A stretch of 64,000 bases of DNA from Eledone cirrhosa (GCA_964016885.1 OZ024744.1:14322001-14386000); one strand, 5' to 3'; numbered from the stretch's first letter, positions 1-12,902 are shown. Numbers and translations: made by a program. Notes: a model not told the origin generated them from the sequence alone.

Positions 1-42
1 CACATTCCTACTGACCGAATCCCTCTACCACGAATCACTCTG

Positions 43-43
<1 letters not shown>

Positions 44-119
<76 letters not shown>
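44..119. repeat. (CA)n microsatellite
   Basis: Perfect CA dinucleotide run. Confidence 0.98.
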
Positions 120-126
<7 letters not shown>

Positions 127-519
127 TTGCCTTAATAAACACCTGAACTGTTGACCTTTCAACATGACTGCAATTCACACACACATCCCTACTGACCATT
201 ATCACAACAATGAACCTCTTTACTACACACACACACATATTTGTCTTAAAAGACTTATTTTTCAGTGACTTCTCAATCAGGCGAAAAAGGACACTCTTCC
301 ACAATCCTACATTTGGCGCAAAATCAATTTTTAACATTCACGTGACCTCTACCGACCAGTCAAAATTATTTTGACTACAAGAATTTTTGCAACACGAATT
401 GGCGCGAAACTTATAGTACTCATTCACGTGACATTCAACAACCAACCAAATCTTAATACCTCTGGAGCCACTTTTTTCACATAAAACAGGTAGAATTTCC
501 AAAACTGCTCAGATTAGAG

Positions 520-697
520 CAAACATCACGGACGCTCTATCTCAAAATTATTTTTCAAAAGCATTAGAAATGCGCAACTGGTAAAAACTTAAAACTAAAA
601 CTGACTACTAACCAATACTTATTACTAATTTTTACTTATTCCTAATTAAACTACTTTTCACTGGGAAAAAATTGTCAGCATTTTCTTTTCCTTTTAC
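520..697. repeat. Unclassified interspersed repeat (family X), copy 1
   Basis: ggacgctctatctcaaaattatttttcaaaagcattagaaatgcgcaac...ttgtcagcattttc recurs in reverse complement at ~3700-3972 and 20283-20466. Confidence 0.7.
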
Positions 698-713
698 TAT
701 ATATATATATATA

Positions 714-1093
714 TGTACAGCCACCGGAAATAACATCTGTGAAATATAGAGCGCCATCTACCTGTTAGCTAGCTACCTCAACGTGAAACAAAAGAAACCT
801 TAGAACCTACCAGAATAAACGCCTACACACCGGCTAAACATCAAACGATTATTTCTGTATAAATAGAGTGGTTCCTAACACTTTCGCTAGTCGACTTTTG
901 GCAGAGTCAGCTAACGTATCGTTGTTCCTCTCCTCTGCCACGCTTTGTCACTCACACACGACTTGTACCCCGTATCGTCGCTTCATGTGAAAATAAATAG
1001 CTGATCGAATTTACATCTCGCCTTGCTTCGTCCTTTCAACTTGTGCTTTCGTCTGTCCATCCTCAACAGTTCTTTTAAGAGCTATATGTGACA
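714..1093 (+). mobile_element. Possible solo LTR-like segment
   Basis: Starts TGT immediately after a TA run, ends ...TGACA and has an internal AATAAA near 992. No partner LTR or TSD confirmed. Confidence 0.25.
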
Positions 1094-2030
1094 ACAGTCC
1101 TTTTAGGGACTATCTTCAGATCTGATCAGACCGTATGCGATAAAAGTCCTTCTAAGGGCTATTCTCGGATCTGGTCAGAAGTAGTGACTAGACTGACTAA
1201 CCACGTCGCTACATATATATTTGTGATTATTTCAAATAATTTATTGCTAGCATTGTTAGTATTGTTGTTATTGTTCTGATTGAATGCCATTACTACTATA
1301 TATAGTAGCCATGCCTGTATATTCCTTTCATTCTCACAAGCTCCGATGAATTGACTGGATACAACTTTGTATTGGTGATCGAATAACGTGAAAACAAGCG
1401 CGTAGCGATCTCTAGACCTACCAGTTCAGAGAAACAATTGTCAGCAATGAGATTAAAAACCTTTTTTGTATAGCAAACTGTGTCACTCTTCTTTCCTGAT
1501 TTATCATTACCCCAAGTGTTTACAACATAGGAATTACAGCGTACTATGGAAACGCCTTGTTGAGTCAAACTTAGCCAAGCGTTGATATCATCCACTACCT
1601 GGAGTACCATAACTGGACTACACTTAAGTGGACTACCTATAACAATAATCTGTTACCCCGTATATATATATATATATATTTTTTTCTTTTAAAGGAAAAG
1701 AATGACTTCACTTGTAGTGTTAAAACATTTTTTGGATTTAATTTTATAATATTATAATATTATGAGTTGGTAGATCCAGTAAGTTCTTTGTTAACTTCGG
1801 TGGGAAGAATTTTAGAGATTCCTGGTTAACTTGGGTTGGAGAACTTTCTCGCATTCGTCTGTCTGCGGCGATTGTCAAACTGAGATCAGGTTGTGTTGAA
1901 ATTTGTGACTATATATAAGAGAGATTTGAATGTGTCTGGGGTGCGGCGTGTGGTGTTAATGAGTGTTGATGATGATGAAGGTACGGGTGAATTAAAGCAT
2001 ACATACATACACACATACATACACACACGT

Positions 2031-2061
<31 letters not shown>

Positions 2062-2439
2062 CACTCAGAAATGGTGAGGCTGCAAGATAAGTGTGTTTGA
2101 GAAGGTGGTCGTAAACATACTCTCCTGCTGGTTTTATTTCATTAGCTGACCTTTGATGAGTATATAATGGTATAGCTGAATCAAATCTTCCAAATCCATA
2201 AAGAACATCTACAAATTTCTATATCAAAGATGAATTTAGGTGCTTGTCTGGATTTTAATGAGGTGAAAGATACGTCTTTTAATAAGAATGTGATGACGGG
2301 AAAAAGAGAAAAGAAGGATAGCTTGGGAACATTTGTCAAAGATGTGTTGTAGATATTGGTTTGAGAGAGGAAGTGTGGGGGGGCATGCTGGCTCACATAT
2401 TTACTTACCTATATGTAAATATATCTATAGTCCATAAAT

Positions 2440-3016
2440 ACTACAGTCAAACACATATCAACACATACATACACACACATACATACACATACTCACCTAT
2501 ATATATATATACACACATATATATATATATATACATACACATACATATACACACACACACATACATACATACAGATATATACACATACCATATATATATA
2601 TATATACACATTCATACTATATATATATATACATACACCATACACATATATATAAAACAACGAACAGCAGAGGACACGTGTCGCTCCTCTCCGACAGATA
2701 AACCCCCCCCCCCCTCCCCGGACCCCCCCATCCCCAGTTGATGGATGCGAATCCGAAATATAGGGACAATTAAATCTCTCCCAAGGTAACTCTATCTCGT
2801 GTTATTATTTTTTATTTTTTTCGCTCTTTCCTACATTCTTCTACACACTACACATCTCATTCTACATTAACTTACATCTCTCTCTTTACCACTGGATCCT
2901 GTTACCCGGAGATTTACCCATCTGCATTGTTGAGGCTTCCAAAACGACCAAAAGAGAATAAATCTCATTATTCCACAATGCTTCAAGCAAACTTCAATAC
3001 ACATATATATATATTT

Positions 3017-3084
<68 letters not shown>

Positions 3085-3306
3085 ATATATATTATACATA
3101 TATTGTACATACCCACATATATATACATATATATATATCTCACATACAGACATATATATATTTTCTACATACACATACATATATATATATACATATAGGA
3201 AAAAGTATGACCCCGACGGCAGAGCTCAAGCCGTCGAATACTACCCTAAGTATTGAGTACTCTGGTGCGTTATGGCCCATCTGGTTCCTTACCACATTTC
3301 CTTCGT

Positions 3307-3337
<31 letters not shown>

Positions 3338-4450
3338 CCTATACATACATATACATATATTTCATACACATACATATATATATATATACACACCACATAT
3401 ACACATATATATTTTTTTCTGCATACATATATATATCTCCTATACACACCCCATATATATATTTTTTATACAAATACCATACATACATTTTATATACACA
3501 CTATATATATCCTATACATATACCACATATATATCATATACATCCTATATATACACTATACATATCCTACATACATATTATATATATCTCCCACATATAT
3601 ACACACACATATATATATACATATATATATATATATAAATAAAGGTGTAACACACGAGTTGTGATATATTACAATATATTACAAATATTACAAATATTAC
3701 AAATTTTTGCCAGTGAAAAATAGTTTAATTAGGAATAAGTAAAAATTAGTAATTGTTTCTACTTTAGGCACAAAGCCAGCAATTACCCAGTGCATTACTG
3801 GTACTTTATTTTATCGACTCCGTAAGGATGAAAGGCAAAGTCAACCTCGGTGGGATTTGAACACAGAACATAAAGGGCCGTAACTCTATGCTGCAAAGCA
3901 TTGCGTCCGACCCTCTACCAATACTGCCAATGCACCTATAAATTAGTAATAAGTATTAGTTAGTATTCAGTTTAGTTTATATATATATATATCCCATACA
4001 CACACATATATATTTTATACATACATACACACATATCTATACACACACACATATATGCATACACACATATACATGTACATACATATATACATATATATTT
4101 TCCACACATTTTATATACACATACATACATACACATATATATATTCCATATATACACATTTTATACCACCTACATATATATATATATATATATATTTTAC
4201 ATATACATATATATATCCTACATATATATATACATATAAATATATTATACACATATCCACACATACATATATACACACACATACATATATATACACATAT
4301 CTATCTCACACATACGCACGTGCATACATACATACATATATATATACACACACATATGCACACATACACATAAACATGTACACATATATCTGTATACCTA
4401 CAGACTCATATATAAAATACACATCTATACATACATATATGTATACACAT
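2440..4450. repeat. Degenerate TA/CA/TACA low-complexity microsatellite field
   Basis: Long imperfect alternating purine-pyrimidine tracts interrupted by short unique islands and a SINE. Confidence 0.9.
3751..3936 (-). mobile_element. tRNA-derived SINE, family A (Meta-domain-like body), copy 1, inserted in family X repeat
   Basis: Minus strand has B-box-like GTTCAAATCC followed by gaggttgactttgcctttcatccttacggagtcgataaaataaagtaccag. The TSD aaattagtaat is present on both sides. Confidence 0.85.
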
Positions 4451-4500
4451 CTACTCAAGTGTTTACGTTCATATATACATTGGTGTGGGGAAGGGGTAAT

Positions 4501-4686
4501 TAATTGTTTCTACTTTAGGCACAAGGCCAGCAATTACCCAGTACATTACTGGTACTTTATTTTATCGACCCCGTAAGGATGAAAAGCAAAGTTAACCTCG
4601 GCGGGATTTGAACTCAGATCGTAAAGGGACGTAACTATGCTGGAAAGCATGGCGTCCGACCCTCTACCAATACTGCCAATCCACCA
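4501..4686 (-). mobile_element. SINE family A, copy 2
   Basis: Same sequence as copy 1. TSD gtggggaagggg(t/a)aattaatt at ~4485 and ~4687. Confidence 0.88.
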
Positions 4687-4714
4687 GTGGGGAAGGGGAA
4701 ATTAATTAAATGTT

Positions 4715-6240
4715 ATTGTACCTCTGAGGGTTTTTCTTCTCTTCAGCAATCGAATGTTTGAAAGTACGGGTGTCATCAACTATTTTCCTTTTTCAATATG
4801 AGATTTTTTTAAAGAAAAGAGAGGGGTAGAATCCGTTACTTGAAGATGGAATATCACTCTTTTGTGTTCAGTAGTGGTTTGTATTTTCTAATAAAGAATT
4901 CTTCTTTATATTTCCGGAAGTGTTCGTTGTCCGACCATATCTTAGAGAAGGGGAAAATGGTGAAATTTCCCTTTCCGCATGTTGCGAAGTGTTCACTGCA
5001 TGTGGTGTTTCTGACAGAGGGGTCTCTAATTTGTTGTTTATGTACTCGAACTCTGTCATGTAGACCCGTTCCGGTTTCACCAATGTAGTATTCTTTACAT
5101 TGTGGGCAGGTTGCACAGTAAATCAAGTTTTTTGTTTTGCAATTCATGTTTGCATTAACTGTGAAAGACTGGGGGTTTTTTTTAAAGGAGATTTGCCCAC
5201 CCTCTTCAATGAGTTCGCAAGTTCCGCGTCGAGGGTCCCCGCATTTCTTAACTTGCATTGCTTCATTATTTAGACGTACATTTTGCTTTGGTAAACAGTT
5301 TCTTTAGGTTGGATGCTTGGCGTCTACTATATATAATTTGTGCGTCTTTTATGAGTGCATTCATTTTAGGGGACTGCTGGAGATATTGTTTGGCCGCTTT
5401 TACAATGTTGAAGTTCCTTGCATTGTGAGTGATGACAAAAGGGATAACTGTGTTTTCCATTCTATTTTGTTGCTTTGTTTTTCTCAGTGTTGTCACTGGG
5501 ATGTTCTGGGCTTTGGAAATGGCTGTGATGAGGTTCACCGGATATTCTTGTCTTTTAAGGAACTCTTTTAATTCATATAATCTTTTTTCCTGTAGTATGG
5601 GGTGTGTTACTATGGTGCAGATGCGTCTTGCCATGTTAAAAGGAATGTTCCTTTTGGTATGTGATGGGTGTGCTGAACGGAAATTCAAGTATTGGTGTGT
5701 GTCTGTTGGTTTGTAAAATAAGTCCGTTTTGATATTTTCCCCTTCTTTAATGATAAGGATATCCAGAAACGGTAGTTTCTTTTTATTACATTCCATGGTG
5801 AATTTTATTTCTTCGTGAAGTTTGTTTATGATGGAATGGAATCTTTGAAGGTCTTCTTGGCTTCTATTCCAGAAGATGAAGCAGTCGTCTAGGTAGCGTT
5901 TCCAGTTGTGATTAATGTAATTGGCGAAGTCACAACTGAATGTTTCCTGCAGTTTGGAATGTAATTTTGCCTCCAGGTGGCCCATACCGAGTGTTGCATA
6001 TGTTGGGGACACTTTGGTACCCATGGCCGTTCCTTTTATTTGTAAAGAGGAAATGGTTGTTCTCCAGTTCTAGTTTGAGTCCTTCCAAAATAAATTTTTT
6101 GGGGAATCTCTCTGAAATGTAGTCTGGATGTTTTGTAATCCAGAAGTCAACAGCTTCAACTTCTAAGTCGTGTGAGATGTTAGTATATAGGCTTGGTACG
6201 TCAAAGCTGACTAAGATTGTTTCTTGGTGTACTTTCTGGG
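4715..6240 (-). mobile_element. Penelope-like element (Neptune-type), 5'-truncated, with RT and GIY-YIG endonuclease, disrupted
   Basis: RT motifs LVSFDVPSLYTNI, MGTKVSPTYA, RYLDDCF, LPFLDI and FYKPTD (ORF 5266-6024 and upstream frame). Decayed Cys linker CGDPRRGTC and GIY-YIG NLIYCATCPQCKEYYIGETG...R...H (ORF 4854-5258). Broken by a frameshift and a stop. Confidence 0.93.
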
Positions 6241-7077
6241 GGATATAGTATATAACATTTAAAGGGTATATACATATAAACTAGACAAGGTCATAGAAAT
6301 ATATATATATATGTTTTTGGCAACCATTCACAGTGTGGCTCAATTACGAATTAATTGAATAATTAATAATCAGAGCAATATATAAAAAGTAAGTCCAGAG
6401 AATCATTAGATAAAATATATACAGTATTTCTTCTCCCAATCAGCATAAATTAACCACACAAAAAATCATTTAAACGAGGCTATAGGTTTAAAATATACCT
6501 ATGAAGAAATAGTATATAAATGATACAGCTCTTTATCCGCGATTCACTGCTATAGAAAATTTACCCATTGTTTCTGATAGCCTGTAGAAATTGACTAAAC
6601 ATATAGTTAACCATACATTATTAGGTACAAAATCAAAGTTAGAAAAAAATGCACATAAACATACCAAACTCATCAATACATCTCTACTACCGGCAGTTTC
6701 ATTCAGTTTTTGGACATATCCGATCTTGGATAAATCAACGAGGTTGGAAATCATCAGGAGATAAACTCAATTGGACAAATATTTTTCTTACATGATCCCC
6801 GCCAGAAACGAATTCAAAATGGCTAAGAATCATCACGTGGCTAGTGGTCAAGGCAGAAAGTTTGTGATTGGTGCCTGTCGGCGAGTAGGCTGGTTGCTAG
6901 AAAGCGCAGCCGAATACTGCCTAAAGTTTTACTCAACCTTACGGGAGTATATAAAATTGATGTACGTCAATACCCATCTTTTTCCATTTCTCCGAGGGTT
7001 ATTAACCCCACTATCAGGGTAAATAATTTCTTTAATTTCTTTAGTCAAAATACGGCGGTAGCTTATATTTATAATTT

Positions 7078-7080
<3 letters not shown>

Positions 7081-7152
<72 letters not shown>
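7081..7152. repeat. (TA)n microsatellite
   Basis: Perfect TA run at the left boundary of the Penelope inverted repeat. Confidence 0.97.
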
Positions 7153-7156
<4 letters not shown>

Positions 7157-8393
7157 ATAATAATAAATTTGAAGACTAAAATCCAAAGAGGGCTCGATAA
7201 GGATAAATATATATCAAATATATAAGAACCGTAGAGCAAATATTTATTAAAATAACAGATTAAAGTTTAAGCAAAGAATCGCTGCTTTCACCCTTAACGG
7301 GATCTTCTGAAACTAACAAAGTCAATCTGTAAACGCAGAAGTGGATATTTCAAAAAATGTTGCAACCGGAGGAAGACAGGAAGACGATACTTCGGTTCGT
7401 GGAAACGTTCCCTGGCAAAGGACGGGAAAAAACGAATATAATACGTCATTAATAGGAGCGGTGAAAAACAATTACGCGCAAAGACAGAACCACGTTTATG
7501 GTATAAAAGAGGTCGTAGACTAATGTTCTCTTAGGTGGTTCATAGAGACATTCTCTGGCAATGAACGAAAAAAAACGAAGATAATACGTCAAATGTGGAG
7601 CGTGGAGAACAATAGCACGCAAAGACAAAACCACGTAAATGGTATAGCAGAAGTCGTAGACTAAAATTCTAACTAGGAGACCAAATAAATACAATACAGA
7701 AGTAATAGAAATAAATAAATACATACACGCAAACAAATACGTACATACGCAAGCATACGCAAAACACTTACCATAGGTATACAAAACCACTTATATAAAT
7801 ATGTGTGTATCTGTATGCGTGTATACAAATAAATAAATAATTATATAAACGTATATAAATAAATAAATACGTATATAACAAGCGCACACACATACCTACA
7901 TGTAAATACACGAATGTACGGAGACGTAAGTCAACCAAAACATGAAGTACACATATACACACACCCTACATACGTACGAACCTGCATACTCACACAGACG
8001 CAAAACTCCCGTATACACATAGCCAAACCATATGTACCAGAATATATAAAAATATACGCCATAACATAAACAATCAAATATACGTACGAGAAGGTATACG
8101 TACCTTCACACAACATACGGGTAATATATACTTACCTATGCAAATAAGTAATGGTATAAACGAAACATATACTTAGCTCCCACATCAAGACGTAAAATAT
8201 CCACGTATAGATCGTACTATCCGTTAGGGTATAATGTGGGGCTGTAATACTGGAAAGTTTTGTGCAATTTATGTTTACAAGCCGAAATTGCCTCAGATTT
8301 TTTGTTTAAGATGTGGTCTGTGGCGTAGAGTATTTCCAGGGCCTCAGCGGCGCAGAGGTCACATGGTCTTTTATTTCTGTTATACGATCTAGC
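7153..8393 (-). mobile_element. Penelope/Poseidon-type PLE 3' fragment (left arm of inverted repeat)
   Basis: Minus ORF 8217-8477 ends YN.NKRPCDLCAAEALEILY...ILNKKSEAISACKHK, matching the C-x2-C...LNK.SE...C.H C-terminus of Penelope-clade ORFs. It is followed by a long 3' UTR ending at (TA)n. Confidence 0.75.
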
Positions 8394-8396
8394 CCA

Positions 8397-9118
8397 GCTA
8401 CATCGTATAACGGAAATAAAAGACCATGTGACCTCTGCGCCGCTGAGGCCCTGGAAATACTCTACGCCACAGACCACATCTTAAACAAAAAATCTGAGGC
8501 AATTTCGGCTTGTAAACATAAATTGCACAAAACTTTCCAGTATTACAGCCCCACGTTATACCCTAACGGATAGTACGATCTATACGTCTACACATACACA
8601 CATATTTATATGTGCGTGGTTTTGTATACCTATGGTAAGTGTTTTGCGTATGCTTGCGTATGTACGTATTTGTTTGCGTGTATGTATTTATTTATTTCTA
8701 TTACTTCTTTATTGTATTTATTTACGTGGTTTTGTCTTTGCGTGCTATTGTTCTCCACGCTCCACATTTGACGTATTATCTTCGTTTTTTTCGTTCATTG
8801 CCAGAGAACGTCTCTATGAACCACCTAAGAGAACATTAGTCTACAACCTCTTTTATACCATAAACGTGGTTCTGTCTTTGCGCGTAATTGTTTTTCACCG
8901 CTCCTATTAATGACGTATTATATTCGTTTTTTCCCGTCCTTTGCCAGGGAACGTTTCCACGAACCGAAGTATCGTCTCCCTGTCTTCCTCCGGCTGCAAC
9001 GTTTTTTGAAATATCCACTTCTGCGTTTACAGATTGACTTTGTTAGTTTCAGAAGATCCCGTTAAGGGTGAAAGCAGCGATTCTTTGCTTAAACTTTAAT
9101 CTGTTATTTTAATAAATA
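8397..9118 (+). mobile_element. Penelope/Poseidon-type PLE 3' fragment (right arm of inverted repeat)
   Basis: Reverse complement of 7241-8393 with an internal ~390 bp segment missing. Encodes the same C-terminal peptide (ORF 8313-8573). Confidence 0.75.
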
Positions 9119-9119
9119 A

Positions 9120-9498
<379 letters not shown>

Positions 9499-9506
9499 TA
9501 TACATA

Positions 9507-9766
9507 TGGGAGTAAAAGGCCCCCAGTTGTTGTCACAACGCCTTTTTAGGAGAGGGAAATTCTGAAAAAAAAACCTGCGGCTTCGGAAGCATCCGATGGT
9601 GTTGACCAGTTCTCCTTTTCCGGTAGTGTTTTCGATGCTCAGAGAGTGGTATTGGTCGACTGCAAGGCCTTTACCTTCTTAAAAAAAACCTTCAAAGCAG
9701 AGACATTGCTTGTTCGATAATCTGATAAGCGATTGCTATACTTTTAGCAGAGTTGGCAGCCATCAT
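9507..9766 (+). mobile_element. Non-autonomous retroelement family B (RTE-5'UTR-like), diverged copy
   Basis: Contains taggagagggaaattctga...aacctgc and ends gagttggcagccatc+CATA. Homologous to 12903-13210, 13329-13797 and 20570-21037. Confidence 0.55.
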
Positions 9767-9831
9767 ACATGTATGTGTGCGTGTATGTACGTACAAACAT
9801 ACATACATACATATGTATGTATGTATGTATG

Positions 9832-12808
9832 TTTTCTCTTTCTCTTAATTTCGAGTATATTTTTTTGACCGGCCACCTTCCTGGTGGCAAGGTTGTAAAA
9901 GAAAAGAAATTGTCATCCCTTGAATCGCAAGAATGTTTTGCAAATTTTGAAGGTGCCAGCTATCGCAGCCATTTGTAGACTATGAATTAGGGAGCTGCGC
10001 TTTTTGTCCGCAAATCCAAGTTCGGTCATACTTTGGTCCAAGCGGGTTGGTATTAAACCCGTAGCACCAATAATGAGGGGTATGAAGCTAAAGGTGTATC
10101 TTGGATACTGGATTTGTAAACTCCTCATCAATGGTCCGTAGATGTCCTCCTTCTCCTGTATTTTTCTGACAACGTTTACATCAAGTGGGCAGCTGATCTC
10201 CACAACAGAACACGTTTTCAATGTGTGGTCCCAAACTACAATATCAGGCCGGTTGTGCTTTAATTTGGTGGCAGTTTTTATTTTCAGGTTCCACCAGTAT
10301 TCCTTAGTACCATCTGTCTCAATATATTCTTCCTCGTTTGTTGTTAATTTTGTTTTCCGAAGTGCGTTCCAGATAGTTCTAGCTATCCCATCGTGTCTCA
10401 TGGGGAGGTAGTAGCGAAATGACATTCTTTCGCAGCTGGCAACAATGTGGCTTACATCCTCGATCTTTGTTTTACATAGCCTACATTTATTGTCAGCTGC
10501 TGGCCCTCCTCTTTTGTGCAGCAGATATTTGGTAGGGAGTTCTTGTTCCTGTATTGCATAGAGATATCCCTCAAGGTGTGATGTCATAAACTTGTCGGAA
10601 CTCCATGCCAGGCTTTTTGAGTGGTTTATCCCCTCTATGGTCTGTGTTTTACGCCTCAAGTATCTATGCACAACTTTCTCTGTAAATTGGTCAATTTTTT
10701 TTTCTTGTTTGAACATTGAATAGGATTTTCCGATTTCTCTGGGTGAGAGATTTATATCAGGCTTTATTCCATATCTCTCCTCCAGATCAGTCGCTATTCT
10801 AATGATATTTCTTTTTTCATGCTCATAAACCTGAGCAAGATGGTCGCCAACCTTTTTCCTTTGTTGAAGGTGTTGCTTCAGTGTTACTATCCGGGTCTCA
10901 TATGTTGTTAATATTGATTTTAGACCCCGGCCACCTTCCTTGCGTGAGAAGTATAGCCTATCCACATCACCATTGATGTTAAAGTTCCCAGTAACACAGA
11001 AGTTTTCGAGTTCTAACATCCATCTCACTTAGTTCTTGCAATGACCAGTTCAGTAGGCCAAATGTTGGCGTTAGAATTGGCACAGCATAGGTATTGTGGG
11101 CAATGTATTTGTTGTATGCTAACAGTTCTGATGACCATATTTTTTTTACTCTTCTGAGGTATTCAGTTCTGGTTCTCTCCTTATTTATGGGTCCATCATA
11201 TCTGACATTCTCATCCTGTCCAAGATAGTTGTAGTTGTCACCTGACTGCAGAGGTTGTATTGTCAGGCCGTTCATCTCTAGATTTCTAGAGGAGGGCACA
11301 GCTCTTCCACGTTTTACTGCCAAATATGCACACTTGGACTCACCAAATTTCATTTTGATGTCGGTTGAAAATTGTGTAATGAGGTCCAATTGTTTCTTGA
11401 TGTCATTGATATTTGGCCCATACAACTTCAGGTCATCAACAAAGAAAAGATGGGAGATACTTCTGGGCCCACTTCTTTGTCCACCTTGTTTCCTGAGTAG
11501 GTAAGATAGTGGATTCAGTGAGAGAACGAAGAGTAGTACTGACAAGCTATCACCCTGAAAGATGCCCTTCTGGTAATGTATCCTATCAGTCTTAACCTGC
11601 TCCTTCTCACCTCTAAGGATCAAATTGGTGTACCAGTTCTTGGTCAGGCGTTCAACAGCAGCTACTAATGGTTGTGGGACTTTAGCTAACTGTAAAGCCT
11701 TAATAATCCACCCATGAGGTACACTATCAAATGCTTTTTGATAGTCCAGCCACACGACAGTCATGTTTCTGCGATTCTTTGTTGTTTTTTCCTGAATCAT
11801 TTTGTTAGTTAGTAGGTGATCTATGCAACCCCACACCTCCCTCTTTCCACCAGCTTGCTCAGGTGTTATGATGTTGTTGGTAGCACAGTGATCCTGTAAG
11901 AACAGGTTAAGGCACCCAGTATATAATTTATACATGATGTTTTGGCAGGCAATTGGGCGGTAATTTTTAGCAAGGGTGGTTTGGCTATTTTGGGGAATGA
12001 GGAGAGTAGTGGCAGTTGATAACCATCTGGGCAGTTCTTGTGTGCCCTTAATGGTTTCTGTAAACAGCCGTATGAGATCTTGCCGATAGAAAGTGAAATT
12101 CTTCAACCAGTATCCTGTAATGAGGTCTGGGCCTGGCGATTTCCTATTCGACATTTTCTGTAGAGCTGTTTCCAGTAGTGACCCATCTATGTCATATTGT
12201 TTTGTCTGGACATGTTGGCAGTGGTCCTGTTCCAGTTGTTTTAGCCAATTAGCTTGTCTGTTGAATCCGTCATCCATTTCCCATACAGATCTCCAGTAGT
12301 TCTCAACCTGTTCTTTTGAAGGGGTGTCGTTTACAGGGATTGAGCTTTTGCCACCGAAGCTGCGATAAACTGATTTAGGATCTCTGGCAAACAATCTATT
12401 TAGCACTTGTCGTTTATGTGCTGTTGACTTATATTTTAGTCTTTCTGTTGTAGCTGTGAGTTGTTGTTTCAACTGGTGTAATTTGGAGTTCAAAGTTTTA
12501 AATTTGGTATCTCCAAATCGTCTCTCTAACTTTTTCTTTAGGTCTTCCTGGTGTCGTGTGAAGTTGCTCTCTATGTTGCATTTCATAACGACTGCGATGT
12601 GTGAGATACTTCGTCTCAGGAACAAAATTTTGGTTTTTAAATTTCGCATCCACGCTGGTTCAGGCTTTCTGTTTGTATCTTGATTGCGTGGTTTTAGATG
12701 TGTGTTATATGATAGCAATGTGACAGCTGAAACATATAACAAAACATTGAGCGTTTCAAATGTCGTTTCTACACCTTTAGATCGTATAGCCTTCAGATAA
12801 TTGCCAGC
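9832..12808 (-). mobile_element. R4/Dong-like non-LTR retrotransposon (RT plus restriction-like endonuclease), 5'-truncated, one frameshift
   Basis: RT motifs KSPGPD, NYRPIAC, WLDYQKAFDSVPH, GIFQGDSLS and HLFFVDDLKLY (ORF 10979-12829). Then DRLYFSRKEGGRGL, CCHC CRLC...HIVASC, RHD, and RPDIVVWD...VEISCP PD-(D/E)xK nuclease (ORF 9913-11028). Frameshift near 10990-11000 and an 81-bp 3' UTR. Confidence 0.93.
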
Positions 12809-12902
12809 TGTATGTATGTATGTATGCATGTATGTATGTATGTATGTATGTATGTATGTATGTATGTATGTATGTATGTATGTATGTATGTATGTATGTA
12901 TG
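12809..12902. repeat. (TATG)n microsatellite
   Basis: Near-perfect tetranucleotide run abutting the R4-like 5' truncation point. Confidence 0.97.

Noticed and set aside
2361-4576. Long YI/HT/VC-rich ORFs (also 13742-15279 and 28165-29458)
   Set aside because: Translations of TA/CA/TG microsatellites that lack stop codons. They are not genes.
6985-7025. Minus-strand CTGATAG-hairpin-GAGAAA resembling a hammerhead
   Set aside because: The core order is wrong (AG instead of GA) and stems I and III cannot be formed.
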